A stretch of DNA of 64,000 bases from Chiloscyllium plagiosum (lineage: Eukaryota): the NCBI RefSeq assembly GCF_004010195.1, contig NC_057719.1, positions 4,433,464 to 4,497,463 on the forward strand. Direction: 5' to 3'. Shown in pieces: positions 12,847 through 23,920 of this stretch (the first letter of the stretch is position 1; each line of letters begins with the position of its first letter). The notes under the pieces were generated by a model that searched no databases, was not told where the DNA came from, and worked only from the letters and a program-made list of their open reading frames with translations. The translations under genes were made by a program, and so were the position numbers.

Positions 12847-14300
12847 GAGGAACATGATGAATCTTGAGATTAGAGATAGAAGTTTGATTAGTTTGGATCA
12901 CGTTGGCAAAAGTCGGGAAGCTGTGTTGGGTAGGCTAGAGGTTATTAAGGTGGACAAGTCCCCAGGACCGGATTGGATCTATCCCAGGTTTCTGAGGGAG
13001 GCGAGAGAGGAAATAGCTGGGGCCCTGACAGATATCTTTGTGGCATCCTTAAATACAGGTGATATGCTGGAGGACTGGAAGGTTGCTCATGTTCTCCCCC
13101 TGTACAAGAAGGGTAGTTGGGATATTCCGGGTAACTACAGACCAGTGAGCCTGACGTCAGTGGTGGGGAAGTTGCTGGAGAGGGTACTGAGGGATAGGAT
13201 CTATTTATATTTGGAAAGGAATGAGTTTATCAGTGATGGGCAACATGGTTTTGTGCGGGGGAGATTGTGCCTTACCAACTTGATAGAGTTCTTCAAGGAA
13301 GTGACCAAGTTGTTAGATGAAGGAAGGGCTGTTGTTGTCATATACATGGACTTTAGTAAGGTGTTTGATAAGGTTCCCCATTGTAGACTAATGGAGAAAG
13401 CGAAGTCACATGGTGTGCAGGGTGTTCTCACTAGGTGGATAAAGAACTGGTTGAGCAACAGGAGACAGAGAGTAGTAGTTGAAGGGAGTTTCTCAAAATG
13501 GAGAAAGGTGACCAGTGGNNNNNNNNNNNNNNNNNNNNNNNNNNNNNNNNNNNNNNNNNNNNNNNNNNNNNNNNNNNNNNNNNNNNNNNNNNNNNNNNNN
13601 NNNNNNNNNNNNNNNNNNNNNNNNNNNNNNNNNNNNNNNNNNNNNNNNNNNNNNNNNNNNNNNNNNNNNNNNNNNNNNNNNNNNNNNNNNNNNNNNNNNN
13701 NNNNNNNNNNNNNNNNNNNNNNNNNNNNNNNNNNNNNNNNNNNNNNNNNNNNNNNNNNNNNNNNNNNNNNNNNNNNNNNNNNNNNNNNNNNNNNNNNNNN
13801 NNNNNNNNNNNNNNNNNNNNNNNNNNNNNNNNNNNNNNNNNNNNNNNNNNNNNNNGGAAGGTGCTAGCTATGAAGAGAGGTTGAGTAGGTTAGGTTTGTT
13901 TTCACTAGAAAAAAGGAGATTGAGAGGGGACTTGATTGAGGTTTACAAAATCATGAAGGGTATAGACATGGTGGATAGAGACAGGGTGAGAGGATTCAAT
14001 AACGAGAAGTCATGCTTTCAAAGTGAGAGATGGAAAGTTTACGGGGGATACACGCGGTAAGTACTTCACACAGAGGGTGGTGGGTGTTTGGAACGCGTTG
14101 CCAGCAGAGGTGGTAGAGGCAGGTACGGTAGATTCATTTAAGATGCGTCTGGACAGATGCATGAGTAGGTGGGGAGCAGAGGGATACAGATGCTTAGGAA
14201 TTGACTGACAGATTTAGACAGTACATTTGGATCGGCTCAGACTTGGAGGGCCGAAGGGCCTGTTCCTGGGCTGTAAAATTTCTTTGTTCTTTGTTCTTTG
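12847..14300 (+). mobile_element. 5'-truncated CR1/HER1-like LINE (RT region and 3' end)
   Basis: Open frame KVDKSPGPDWIYPRFLRE...PGNYRPVSLTSVVGKLLE...QHGFVRGRLCLTNLIEFF...YMDFSKVFDKVPH; (ttctttg)n tail. Confidence 0.95.
13519..13855. other. Assembly gap inside CR1
   Basis: Run of N. Confidence 1.
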
Positions 14301-14870
14301 TACACATCGAGAGATGCATTTCACTAATGACCTGATGTGCCAATGGGTGCAAGTGCCTATTTTGGAAGGCGTTCCTAGCTACAGCCTCAGGAACACAAAC
14401 ATCAAGACAGAACATCAGGTCAGACTCAGAAGAGCCATGGTCAACTTGCTGACATAGCTCGTGCAGAATGGTCATTAGAGTCATACTGAGCAGACAAGGC
14501 CCTTTGACCCATTGAGTCTGCGCTGAAATGGTGAATGATGTCCTGGGATGGGTGCTTCAGAACCCTCTCCCACCAATATCTTGAGGGGACAAAACTGACT
14601 GGAGGAGCCAAGTCTTTTTTATTTGATACCAAAATTCCATATTACTTCTGACCAATGTCAAATTGTTAATTGCTATCAGATCGTCAGTGTTGACTGCAAC
14701 ATATGAAAAACTTGATAATGACTGGGTACAATTTAAACACAGCAGACATGCAATCTGACATTTTTACACTAACGAGGCATCACACCTAAACTCTAAATTT
14801 GACAAAGAATCTCAAAATTCCTGAAATAGCTGGGATTGAAGTTGGGGTGGGTGAGTTTAGTAAGGATGTT

Positions 14871-14988
14871 GAGGAGCCGGTGTTGGACTGGGGTAGACAA
14901 AGTTAAAAATCGCACAACACCAGGTTATAGTCCAACAGGTTTAATTGGAAGCACTAGCTTTCAGAGCGCTGCTCCTTCATCAGGTGGG
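14871..14988 (-). mobile_element. PLE 3' terminal repeat with minimal hammerhead motif
   Basis: Minus strand cac-ctgatga-a-ggagc-agc-gctct-gaaa-gc-ta-gtg. Confidence 0.75.
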
Positions 14989-16086
14989 GCAAGATCATAG
15001 GACATAGAATTTATAGCAAAAGATTTAGTGTAGTGAGGTGAGAGACAATATGATCAGGGTGTGTTTTGATGAGCACATGCAGCATTTGGTTTGTAGGACT
15101 TACAAATGTGTGAAGAGAGAGGGGGGAGAATGGGTAAACACCTCAAACGTTCACTCTCTCCATCACCAGTTCAGGAAAGCAGCTCAGCACCACCTTCTCC
15201 AGTGTGCTTTGTAATGGGGAGTCGGTGCCAGCTGTGACAGTGATGCCAACATCTGAAAAATGAAATCAAGGACACAATCTAAATAACTGGGACATACTGA
15301 AGGATGTTTCAGAACGGAGGAAAATTAGAAATAATTTTTACAATTGTTTAAATTCCAGTTCTTGCCCTTAGCTCAGGTCATCTCACTTTCTGAAAGTTCA
15401 AAAATTCAGATCCTTCTATCTAGAGGATCATAAATAACTAATATGTCTAGAATTAGCTGATGTTTGCAATGGATTTAATCTCCACTAAATCATTCTTTTT
15501 TTCGTGTCGGTGATAGATACATTAGAAGCAAAGAATTGGCCATTCAGCCCATTGTGACTGTGCCCGCTCTCTGATTACTGCCTCTCCCCTGCTCTTGCCC
15601 CATATCTCTGCAAGGGGATTTCATTTCAACCATTTATTCAATTCTCTTTTGAAAACAACTTTTAAATGTGCTTCCACCATTCTTTCAGGTAATGTAACCC
15701 AGATTATAACAACTTTACTGGGTGAAAACATTTCTCCTTATTTCTTTTGTCGATCACCTTTAAATCTCTGGTTACTGTTGCTCATGCTAGTTTCTCCTTA
15801 TTTAATCTGCCCTAGACCTCCCACATAGATGTGATGGTTGAGAAGGCAAGAGAACACCTCTTCTTCCTCAGGAGATTAAGGAAATTCAGCACGTCCATAA
15901 TGCACCATAGAAAGCATTCTATTCAGATGCACCACAGCTTGGTACAGCAGTTGCTCTGCCCAGGACTGTAAGAAACTACAGAGAATTGTGAACACAGCCC
16001 AGTCCATCACACAAGTCAACCTTCTATCCATTGACTCCATCTGCACTTCTCACTGCCACGGAAAGGTAGCCATACAGTTAAAAAAA

Positions 16087-16637
16087 TCATAGAAATGTAC
16101 AGCATGGAAACAGACCCTTCGGTCCAACTTGTCCATGCCGACCAGACATCCCAACCCAATCTAGTCCCACCTGCCAGCAGCTGGCCCATATCCCTCCAAA
16201 CCCTTCCTATTCATATACCCATCCTTATAAATGTTGCAATTGTACTAGCTTCCTCTGGCAGCTCATTCCATACACGTACCACCCTCTGAGTGAAAAAGTT
16301 GCCCCTTAGATCTCTTTTTTTATCTTTCCCCTCTCACCCTAAGCCAATGCCCTCTAGTTCTGAACTCTCCCACCCCAGGGAAAAGACTTTGCCTATTTAC
16401 CCTATCCATGCCCCTCATAATTTTATAAACCTCTATAAGGTCACCCCTCAGCCTTCAATGCTCCAGGGAAAACAGCCCCAGCCTGTTCAACCTCTCCCTA
16501 TAGCTCAAATCCTCCAACCCTGGCAACATCCTTGTAAACATTTTATGAACCCTTTCAAGTTTCACAACATCTTTCTGACAGAAAGAAGACTAGAATTGCA
16601 TGCAATATTCTAAACGTGGTCTAACCGATGTCCTGCA
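16087..16637 (-). mobile_element. CR1/HER1-like LINE 3' end
   Basis: Reverse complement of the 45695-46265 type sequence. Confidence 0.85.
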
Positions 16638-16802
16638 GCAGATATATCTCCCATTTTCTTTTGACCAAAGCTTTGATCTTTCACCTGGATCTTTTATGAG
16701 ATGGAAGATTATACAGATCTATAACAGATGGAGAAAGTAAAAAACAGAAATAAATGGGTCAGAGTTTGGAAAGATACTTGCAAAGGGAAATGAACTTTCC
16801 TC

Positions 16803-16933
16803 ATTCCTGAAGAAGGGCTTATGCCCGAAACGTCGATTCTCCTGTTCCTTGGATGCTGCCTGACCTGCTGCGCTATTCCAGCAACACATTTTCAGCTCTG
16901 ATCTCCAGCATCTGCAGTCCTCACTTCCTCCTA
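16803..16933 (+). mobile_element. PLE 3' terminal repeat with intact minimal hammerhead motif
   Basis: ttc-ctgaaga-a-gggc-ttat-gccc-gaaa-cg-tc-ga at 16804-16836, then the gatctccagcatctgcagtcctcactt tail. Confidence 0.8.
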
Positions 16934-17279
16934 TAATCTCTTCCAACCTCTTCCGTCAGGCAGAAGATCCAAAAGCTTAAACACATGTACCAACAGATTC
17001 AAGAACAGCTTCTTCCCTGCTGTTACTTGACTTTTGAATGGATCTCTCAAATTTCAAATCTATTGTCCATCTGGCTTTCTGTGCACCTTCTTTGCAGCAG
17101 CAACTTTGTATTCCTCGCTCTGTTCAATCACCCAATGATCCTTGTATGGTATGATCTGCCTGTACTGCACACAAAACAAAACTTTTCCCTGTTCCTAGGT
17201 TATGTGACAACAATAAATCAAATTATTGATAGGATATCAGTGAATTCCCTCTGCACTGGTCTTGGAGAACCTAAGTAAA

Positions 17280-17790
17280 ACAAAAATTTGTATTTATATA
17301 TAGCCTCTTAAGCCTTCAGAAGTCCCAAAGTACTTTAATTGGATCTATATTACTGTCCCTTCACTGTTGCTGGGTCAAAATCCTGGAAATTCCTCCCTGT
17401 TAGCACTGGATGCAGCTCCTATCGTTTACTGCAGCAGCACACAAAGACAGTTACTCAACTCTTTACAAAGGCAGCTTAGGAATGCTGTTCTAAGTAAAGC
17501 TGTTCTAGTCAAATATTCCCACATTGGATGTTGGAAATGTGGCAGCCAATTTGCACACGAACAACAATTAGACAGTGAGCAGATAATCTGTTTAATAATA
17601 TTGGGTAAGGGTTAAATATTGATCAGGATACTAGAGAGATCTTGCCTTGTCTTCACTAGAAGAATGGCCCTCGAGTCCTTTTCTACCTGAGGTAACCCTA
17701 AAAGATGGTGCCTCAAATACTGCAGTCGGAGGGTCAACCTAGGTTTTGTGCTCAAACCTCTGGACATCTCTGATAAAGTGCACTAGCTCA
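17280..17790 (-). mobile_element. Old DeuSINE with internal insertion
   Basis: ttgtatttatatatagc..gtcccaaag; ggaaatgtggcagccaatttgcacac; cagataatctgttt; aaatattgatcagga. These are reverse-complement DeuSINE blocks. Confidence 0.6.
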
Positions 17791-17834
17791 GGAATGAAGT
17801 TTTATACTATTTGACTTTTGTTTCCCCTGCTCAG

Positions 17835-18002
17835 GTCTGGTTTAAAAACCGCCGAGCTAAATGGAGGCGGCAGAAGAGATCATCATCGGAGGAGTCGGAC
17901 TCCCAGAAATGGAATAAAATTTCGAAAAACGCCCCGGTGGGGAAGGCTTCTGGAGAATCAACTTCAGCAGCCCAGGAAAGTGGGGTAGACTCAGACAGCT
18001 GA
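17835..18002 (+). CDS. gsc: Goosecoid-family gene, last coding exon
   Basis: Acceptor ttttgtttcccctgctcag|. Encodes VWFKNRRAKWRRQKRSSSEESDSQKWNK...VDSDS*. Joins exon 2 in phase 0; K50 homeodomain; DSDS C-terminus as in vertebrate Gsc. Confidence 0.95.
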   Translation, partial: VWFKNRRAKWRRQKRSSSEESDSQKWNKISKNAPVGKASGESTSAAQESGVDSDS

Positions 18003-18160
18003 TAACTGGCACTGATTGATCAGGAGCATTCACCCATCCTCAGCTCGAGACTGTGGCTGGTATCTTGCACTTTGTCCATCTGGAGGACTGAGGCTGCTGT
18101 AAATACTGTATAAATACATATTATATATATGTGCGTTTTTGTATGTGTGCTTGTTTTGTT

Positions 18161-18166
18161 AATAAA
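18161..18166 (+). terminator. Probable polyadenylation signal of the gsc-like gene
   Basis: AATAAA ~160 nt after the stop, preceded by tgta and U-rich sequence. Confidence 0.65.
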
Positions 18167-18617
18167 AAAAAGTCATGATGTTACTCCAATGAGACACAGT
18201 GCTGCTTTATTGAAACAAACATTGTATTCCATGCTTATTCCTGAGATTGAATGAATTGAATTTATTGTCACCAATGCACAGTGAAAAGCTTTGTCTTGCG
18301 AGCAATACAGGCAGATCACAGAGTTAAGTAGCATAGATATGTAAATAATAGGTAAACAGCGGCAAAAACAAAAACACAGGTACAGGCGAACGCTAAGAGA
18401 TGATAGGACTGATGTAGGAAGAGACGCTGGTTAGGATTATATTCACTGGAGATTGTAAGAATGAGAGGTGTCTCATAGAAACTTATATAATTCTAAGAGG
18501 ACCAGACAGGGCAACCGCAGGAAGGATGTTCCTGATGATGGAGGAGTCCAGAACCAGGGGTGTCAGTTTAAGGATAGGAAGTACGTCGTTTAGGACTGAG
18601 ATGAGGAGAAAAGTCTT

Positions 18618-18990
18618 GATTAGATTACTTACAGTGTGGAAACAGGCCCTTCAGCCCATCAAGTCCACACCGCCCCGCCAAAGCGCAACCCACCCACACC
18701 CCTACATTTACCCCTTACCTAACACTACGGGAAACCCACTCATACCCCTACATTTACCCCTTACCTAACACTACGGGCAATTTAGCATGGCCAATTCACC
18801 TGACCTGCACATCTTTGGACTGTGGGAGGAAACCGGAGCACCCGGAGGAAACCCACACAGACACGGGGAGAACGTGCAAACTCCACACAGTCAGTCGCCT
18901 GAGGCGGGAATTGAACCCAAGTCTCTGGCGCTGTGAGGCAGCAGTGCTAACCACTGTGCCACCATGCCGCCCACAGTGCCGTGCCGCCCC
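18618..18990 (-). mobile_element. Young HE1/V-SINE-like SINE with internal tandem duplication
   Basis: CpG-rich and near consensus; cccctacatttaccccttacctaacactacggg occurs twice. Confidence 0.9.
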
Positions 18991-19152
18991 GCTCTCTGGG
19001 TCTTCACCCAGAGAGTGGGGAGCCTGTGGAATTCTCTGCCACAGAAAGCAGTCAAGGGCAAAACATTGAATGATTTCAAGAAGGAGTTAGATACAGTTGA
19101 GATTAGATTAGATTAGATTAGTTCTTAGGGCTAAAGGGAAAATGGAACGGAG

Positions 19153-19373
19153 TATGTCAGTTCTGACATAACGCAATAGTTCCAGTCTCTTGAAATCTCG
19201 CGTTATAAGAAAATCACGCAATAGCCGCACCATCTAAACAAATGGGGCCGGAATCACATTATAGCCAACACAGGTAAAGAACATTCACGTTCTGCTAAAA
19301 CGGTCTAAATTCTTCAGTCACTTTAAAGCCAATTCACCCTGAAGAAACACACATTATAGCAGAATCAACTGTA
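19153..19373. mobile_element. Second Tigger-type MITE family
   Basis: Imperfect TIRs gtcagttctgacataac / attatagcagaatcaactg followed by TA. A related copy in the opposite orientation lies at ~52932-53125. Confidence 0.65.
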
Positions 19374-20036
19374 CTGAATTGGATGATCAACCATGATCAT
19401 ATTGAATGGAGGAGCAGGCTCAAAGGACCGAATGACCTACTCCTGCTCCTATCTTCTATGTTTCTACGCAGGACTTAAAATAAGCAGATGCTCATTTAGT
19501 GCTGCTTAGCAGATGTCACAAAACCATAGAAATTTATAGCCGAGAAGATGTCCATTCGGTCCCTCCTCCTCATGCTGGCTCTTTGAAAGAGCTTCGTCCC
19601 ACAATTCTACTTCTTGTACATAATATGCAAGTTTTTTCCGCTGAAGAACCTGTCCAAGCCCCACCCCACCTTTCTCAAATTATTTGTGAAATTGCCACCT
19701 TTCCAGTTCATGTTCTAGCTCTGTATAACTAACTGCAGGTGAGCCCTGGAGTTTGCAGTGCACTGCGATATACAGGTACAGGTGGTATGTTATAGAACCG
19801 AGGATATAGAGGTTAAACCCACCAATCCAGCAGAATGTGAGGTCAGATCCCTTTTGGGCAGTCTCGGGGTCAGCTTGGTTAAATAGGTCCAGAAATCAAA
19901 ACCCTGGTGCATAATATACGAACCTGGGACTTCCAGATTATCAAATAAACCACCATCGGTTTGGAAACAGAAACTCACATTTCTTACCCACTCTGGACTT
20001 AAATGTAGCTCAACCAGAAATATGAGTTCAAATAAA

Positions 20037-20250
20037 AAAACACAGAAATTGCTACAAATTCTCAGCAGGTCTAGCAGCATCTGTAGAGAGAAATCAGAGT
20101 TTCAGATCTAGTGACCCAAGTGATGTGGATTTCACCTGACGAAGGAGCAGCGCTCCAAAAGCTTGTGATTTCAAATAAACCTGTTGGACTATAACCTGGT
20201 GTCATGTGACTTCTGACCTTGTCTACCCCAGTCCAACTCCAGCACCTCTA
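20037..20250. mobile_element. Two adjacent PLE terminal fragments (minus then plus); the second has a hammerhead-like motif
   Basis: tcac-ctgacga-a-ggagc-agc-gctcc-aaaa-gc-tt-gtga at ~20132-20168 (GAAA mutated). Confidence 0.65.
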
Positions 20251-20254
20251 TATC

Positions 20255-20510
20255 ACATTCATGTACTCAGCTAGATGCCTTTTAAATGTTGCAATTGTGC
20301 CCATCTCCACCACTTCCTCTAGCAGCTCGTTCCAAGCCTGCATCACCCTCTGTGTGAAAATGTTGCGTCTTAGGTCCCTTTTAAATCTTTTCCCTCTCAC
20401 CTTAAACCTCTGCCCTCTAGTTTTAGACTTTCTCACCCCGGGGACAAGACAATGGCTATTCACTCTATCCATGCCTCTCATGATTTTATAAATCTCTTTA
20501 TGGTCACCCC
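20255..20510 (-). mobile_element. CR1 3' fragment
   Basis: Minus ORF YKIMRGMDRVN..KTRGQRFKVRGKRFKRDLRRNIFTQRV. Confidence 0.85.
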
Positions 20511-20749
20511 TTATTGTTGTTAAGTCTGGGCTAGAAAACAGACTAATTTCTAAGCCTGGGTGCAATAGGTCCCAACAGATCTCTTCTGCTATATGTCATT
20601 GGCTGCATATGGAACTAACAGGTTACAAATTAAATGTTCAGGCTAGGATTGTCTCTGTCAGTGTTTGTGAAAATCACAAGCAAATTCTGGAATTACCCTC
20701 CCCTCATACCCAGGCTTCCAATAGTATCCACACCATGATTTTACAAGGA

Positions 20750-21049
20750 GATTACATTAGATTCCCTACAGTGTGGAAACAGGCCCTTTGGCCCAACAAG
20801 TTCACACTGACCTTCCGAACAGCAACCCACCCAGACTCATTTCCCCCTGACTAAGGCACCTTACACTATGGCCAATTCACCTGACCTGCACATCTTTTGG
20901 AATGTGGGAGGAAACCAGAGCACCCAGAGGAAACCCATGCAGACACACATGTACAAATTCCACAGAGAGAGAGACAGTCACCCGAGGCAGGAATCGAACT
21001 GGGATCCCTGGCGCTGTGAGGCAGCAGTGCTAACCACTGAACCACCGTG
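20750..21049 (-). mobile_element. HE1/V-SINE-like SINE
   Basis: Family motifs and gattag tail. Confidence 0.9.
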
Positions 21050-21704
21050 GAGATCTTGTATTGCAGTGAGTAACCAGAGACTCCATGCATGTCCAACTCC
21101 AGGACTTGATGAACATGATGTGTGTCTGTGACATGACCAAACCAATTTGTTCATCGCCCGTGGGTATCATTGGTTAGGCCAGCATTTGTTGTCCATCCTG
21201 GATTATCCTGGAGAAGGCAGATGTGAACCTCTTAATCTCTTCATGGAAAATAATTCCAAATAGTGGGAGTGGGAGAGATTGCTGATCATGCGGGTGATGG
21301 AAAGTTCTGTCTATGAAATGGATAGAAAAACGCATGTTGACACAGCAACTCGGACTTTCTGATGTAGGTGTAAACACATTTGTACACTACAGTGCAGGGA
21401 AGCAGAGTCAATCCCCTGATCTACACACTTCGGAGCTGTCAATAGTTGATGGTTGATGGTTCAAACTGCATATTAGTCAAATGATATGGACTCATCCTTC
21501 CTTTTTTACAATCTTAACACTATATTGTACAGCTTTATATAAGTTATAAGGACAAAGGAATTAGTTGTGAAGACTAGTCATATTGAACTCTGTTTGTCTC
21601 TCCACAGATGCTACCAGACCTGCTGCATTTCTTCAGCACTTCCTGCTTCTATTTGAGATTTCCAACACCTTCAGTACTTTGCTTTCCTAAGGACAAAGTT
21701 ACCC

Positions 21705-22112
21705 AATTGATTGACACCTCACCCACTGCATTCAACATTTACTCCCTTCATCACCTAAGCATGGAGCTGCATGTGTAAGATGCACTGTAGCAATTCATTA
21801 AAGCCTCCTCCAGTAACACCTTCCAAACCCATGACCATAACTATCTAGAAGGACAAAGGGCAGCAGATGCAGAAGAACACCATCACCTCTAAGTTCCCTT
21901 CCAATACTCACAACTTGGAAAAATACTGGTACGTGTTCCTTCAGTGTCTCTGGGTTACAATCCTAGAATTCCCTTCCTAACAGGATTGTGGGTGTACCTA
22001 CACTCCAAGGACTACAACAGTACAGGAAGGCAGCTCACCACTATTGTCTCCATGGTAATTAGAGATGAAAATAAATGCTACCCTGCCCAGTGACACCCTC
22101 ATCCCATGAATG
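21705..22112 (+). mobile_element. Old CR1/L2-clade LINE 3' end
   Basis: aagatgcactgtagcaa, ccttccaaaccc, aaggcagctcaccac and cccatgaatga blocks. Related fragments at ~15150, ~17350 and ~57200 (-). Confidence 0.55.
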
Positions 22113-22317
22113 AGTGATAAGAATAATATTTCCCATACAGAGGTAAAGACAGACGATATTTCATTATCATCTTTCACAACTGCAGAATGTCCCAAAACAC
22201 TTTACAGTACTTCTTAAAATATCATCACTATGTTAACACCAGAATCCACAATGAGTGTTCACAATTATCAACACGTTTTGATAAAGTAATCGAAACCAGT
22301 ATTACTGCAGAGGAGCA

Positions 22318-22530
22318 ATGCACGTGGTTAGCTCAGGTGGCTGGATGGCTGGTTTGCAACGCAGTGTGAGTTCAGTTACGACACCATCTGAGGTTACCAT
22401 AAAGGACTCTCCTTCTCAACCTCTACCCTCACCTAAGGTGTGGTGACTCTCAATTAAACTAACCACCAGCCATCTCTCTGTCTCTCTCTCTCTCTCTCTC
22501 ATGAGACAGCAGCCTTATGGCGACTTTACC
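22318..22530 (+). mobile_element. tRNA-derived SINE (second family)
   Basis: ggttagctcaggtggctgg head with gagttcag B-box-like motif and internal (ct)n. Confidence 0.55.
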
Positions 22531-22677
22531 TTGTGAAATGGAGGAAGGCAAAGTCAATTTTAGTGAGAACAAGCTCACTACATGGATCAAATTCCCTCAG
22601 AATTTCAAGACCCCAGCCTCTCTCCCACACTTGAGCTGAGAATGCAAGAAAATGGAAGATGCTGGAGAAATCTGGGC

Positions 22678-22915
22678 AGCACACTGCTGCCTCACAGCCC
22701 CAAGGACACATTCAGTCTCAGCCTCAGGCAACTGTGTGGAGTTTGCACATTCTCCTCAAGTCTGCATGAGTTTCCTCCAGGTGCATGTTAGGTGGATTGG
22801 CCCTGGGGAATGCAGGGTTACAAGGATAGGGTGGGTCTGGGTAGGATGCTCTTTGGAGGATTGGTGTGGATGTGATGGGCTGAATGGCTTGATTTCACAT
22901 AGTAGTGATTCTGTG
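22678..22915 (+). mobile_element. HE1/V-SINE-like SINE, degenerate
   Basis: cactgctgcctcacagc, tgtgtggagtttgcacattctc. Confidence 0.75.
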
Positions 22916-23644
22916 AAATTCAGCAGGTCTGGCAGGGTCTGTAGAGAGATACAGAGTTAACATTTCAGGTTGAACAATATTGAACACATGTAGAATAAGA
23001 GATAGTTTATATATGAGAAACAGAGTGGGTTTCACTTAGATGTAACCTGTGCCGGGTCCGGGAAGCCATAGCTGGTTCAATGATGGGCTAGCAAAGGTGG
23101 TGATATAATACTGTGACTGGACTAGGAATCCAGAGAATCAGGCTAATGCTCAGGTGAAGTGGGTTTGAATCCCAATGGTAGCCTAATCTAGAATAGAAAG
23201 ACAGGGGGAGGAGGTGACCCTGTGAACAAAAAGGCCACATGGATGTGTGAGTCCCCAGGATTCTGCAGAGGGATTGAGCAGAACCAACACAGAGCAAATT
23301 CCATGCAATATGCATCCTCATCAGTGCTCTCCTGCACTCTGCCTCATTGAACTTTCTCTGTGAACTCACCGTCCTGTGAAGCGGCCAATGACCCATCCTT
23401 TACCTCCAGCTCTCTTGTGCCTGGTGCTATCCTCCAAGGCAGAGCCAGTATCTGAGCCATGGCTGCCAGTATTAAATTGTGGAAGAGTCTCTTCAGCAGT
23501 ACTGTCCTGCTTGTCTTCAACTTTCTCCCCTATGGGAACTACTGTGTCTGGGCAGGATAGCAGTGGAAGGGAATTTGCAGTTGAAAGCTAGACTCAGAGA
23601 TAGTGACCGTGAGACAACCTTGAATTTGAAATCTATCTGGATTG

Positions 23645-23920
23645 ATAGAATCATAGAATCCCCACAGTGTGGAAACAGGCCAATCGACTCACAGTGTCCA
23701 CACCAACCCTCTGAAGAGCATCCCACCCAGACCAACCCCATGGGCAATTTCCCATGGCCAATCCACCTAACCTGCACACGTTTGGACTGTGGGAGGAAAC
23801 CCACGCAGATACGGGGAGAATGTGTAAGCTCCATACAGACAGTTACCCGAGGCGGGAATCAAACTTGGGTCCCTGGTGCTGTGAGGCAGCAGTGCTAACC
23901 ACTGAGCCACTGTGCTACCC
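23645..23920 (-). mobile_element. HE1/V-SINE-like SINE
   Basis: Family motifs. Confidence 0.85.

Larger units (their letters stand above)
15826..17223 (+). mobile_element. Rex1/Babar-like LINE 3' part, split by CR1 and PLE insertions
   Basis: KAREHLFFLRRLRKF..IESIL..TAWYSSCSAQDCKKLQRIVNTAQSIT (15826-16070) resumes as LFQPLPSGRR..TNRFKNSFFPAV (from ~16935) and ends in caataaatcaaat. Confidence 0.75.
18400..19465 (+). mobile_element. CR1 3' fragment interrupted by a SINE and a MITE
   Basis: CR1 end motifs (gaaacttatataattctaagagg, ttcacccagagagtgg, ggagcaggctcaaaggaccgaatg) flank the two inserts. Confidence 0.7.

Noticed and set aside
12788..13518. Domesticated reverse transcriptase gene
   Set aside because: Ordinary 5'-truncated young CR1 copy with a normal 3' tail and many relatives in the window.
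4684..18002. Assignment as gsc2 (GSCL/GSX)
   Set aside because: The homeodomain and [13 protein letters not shown] motif match the GSC1 type, not GSC2.
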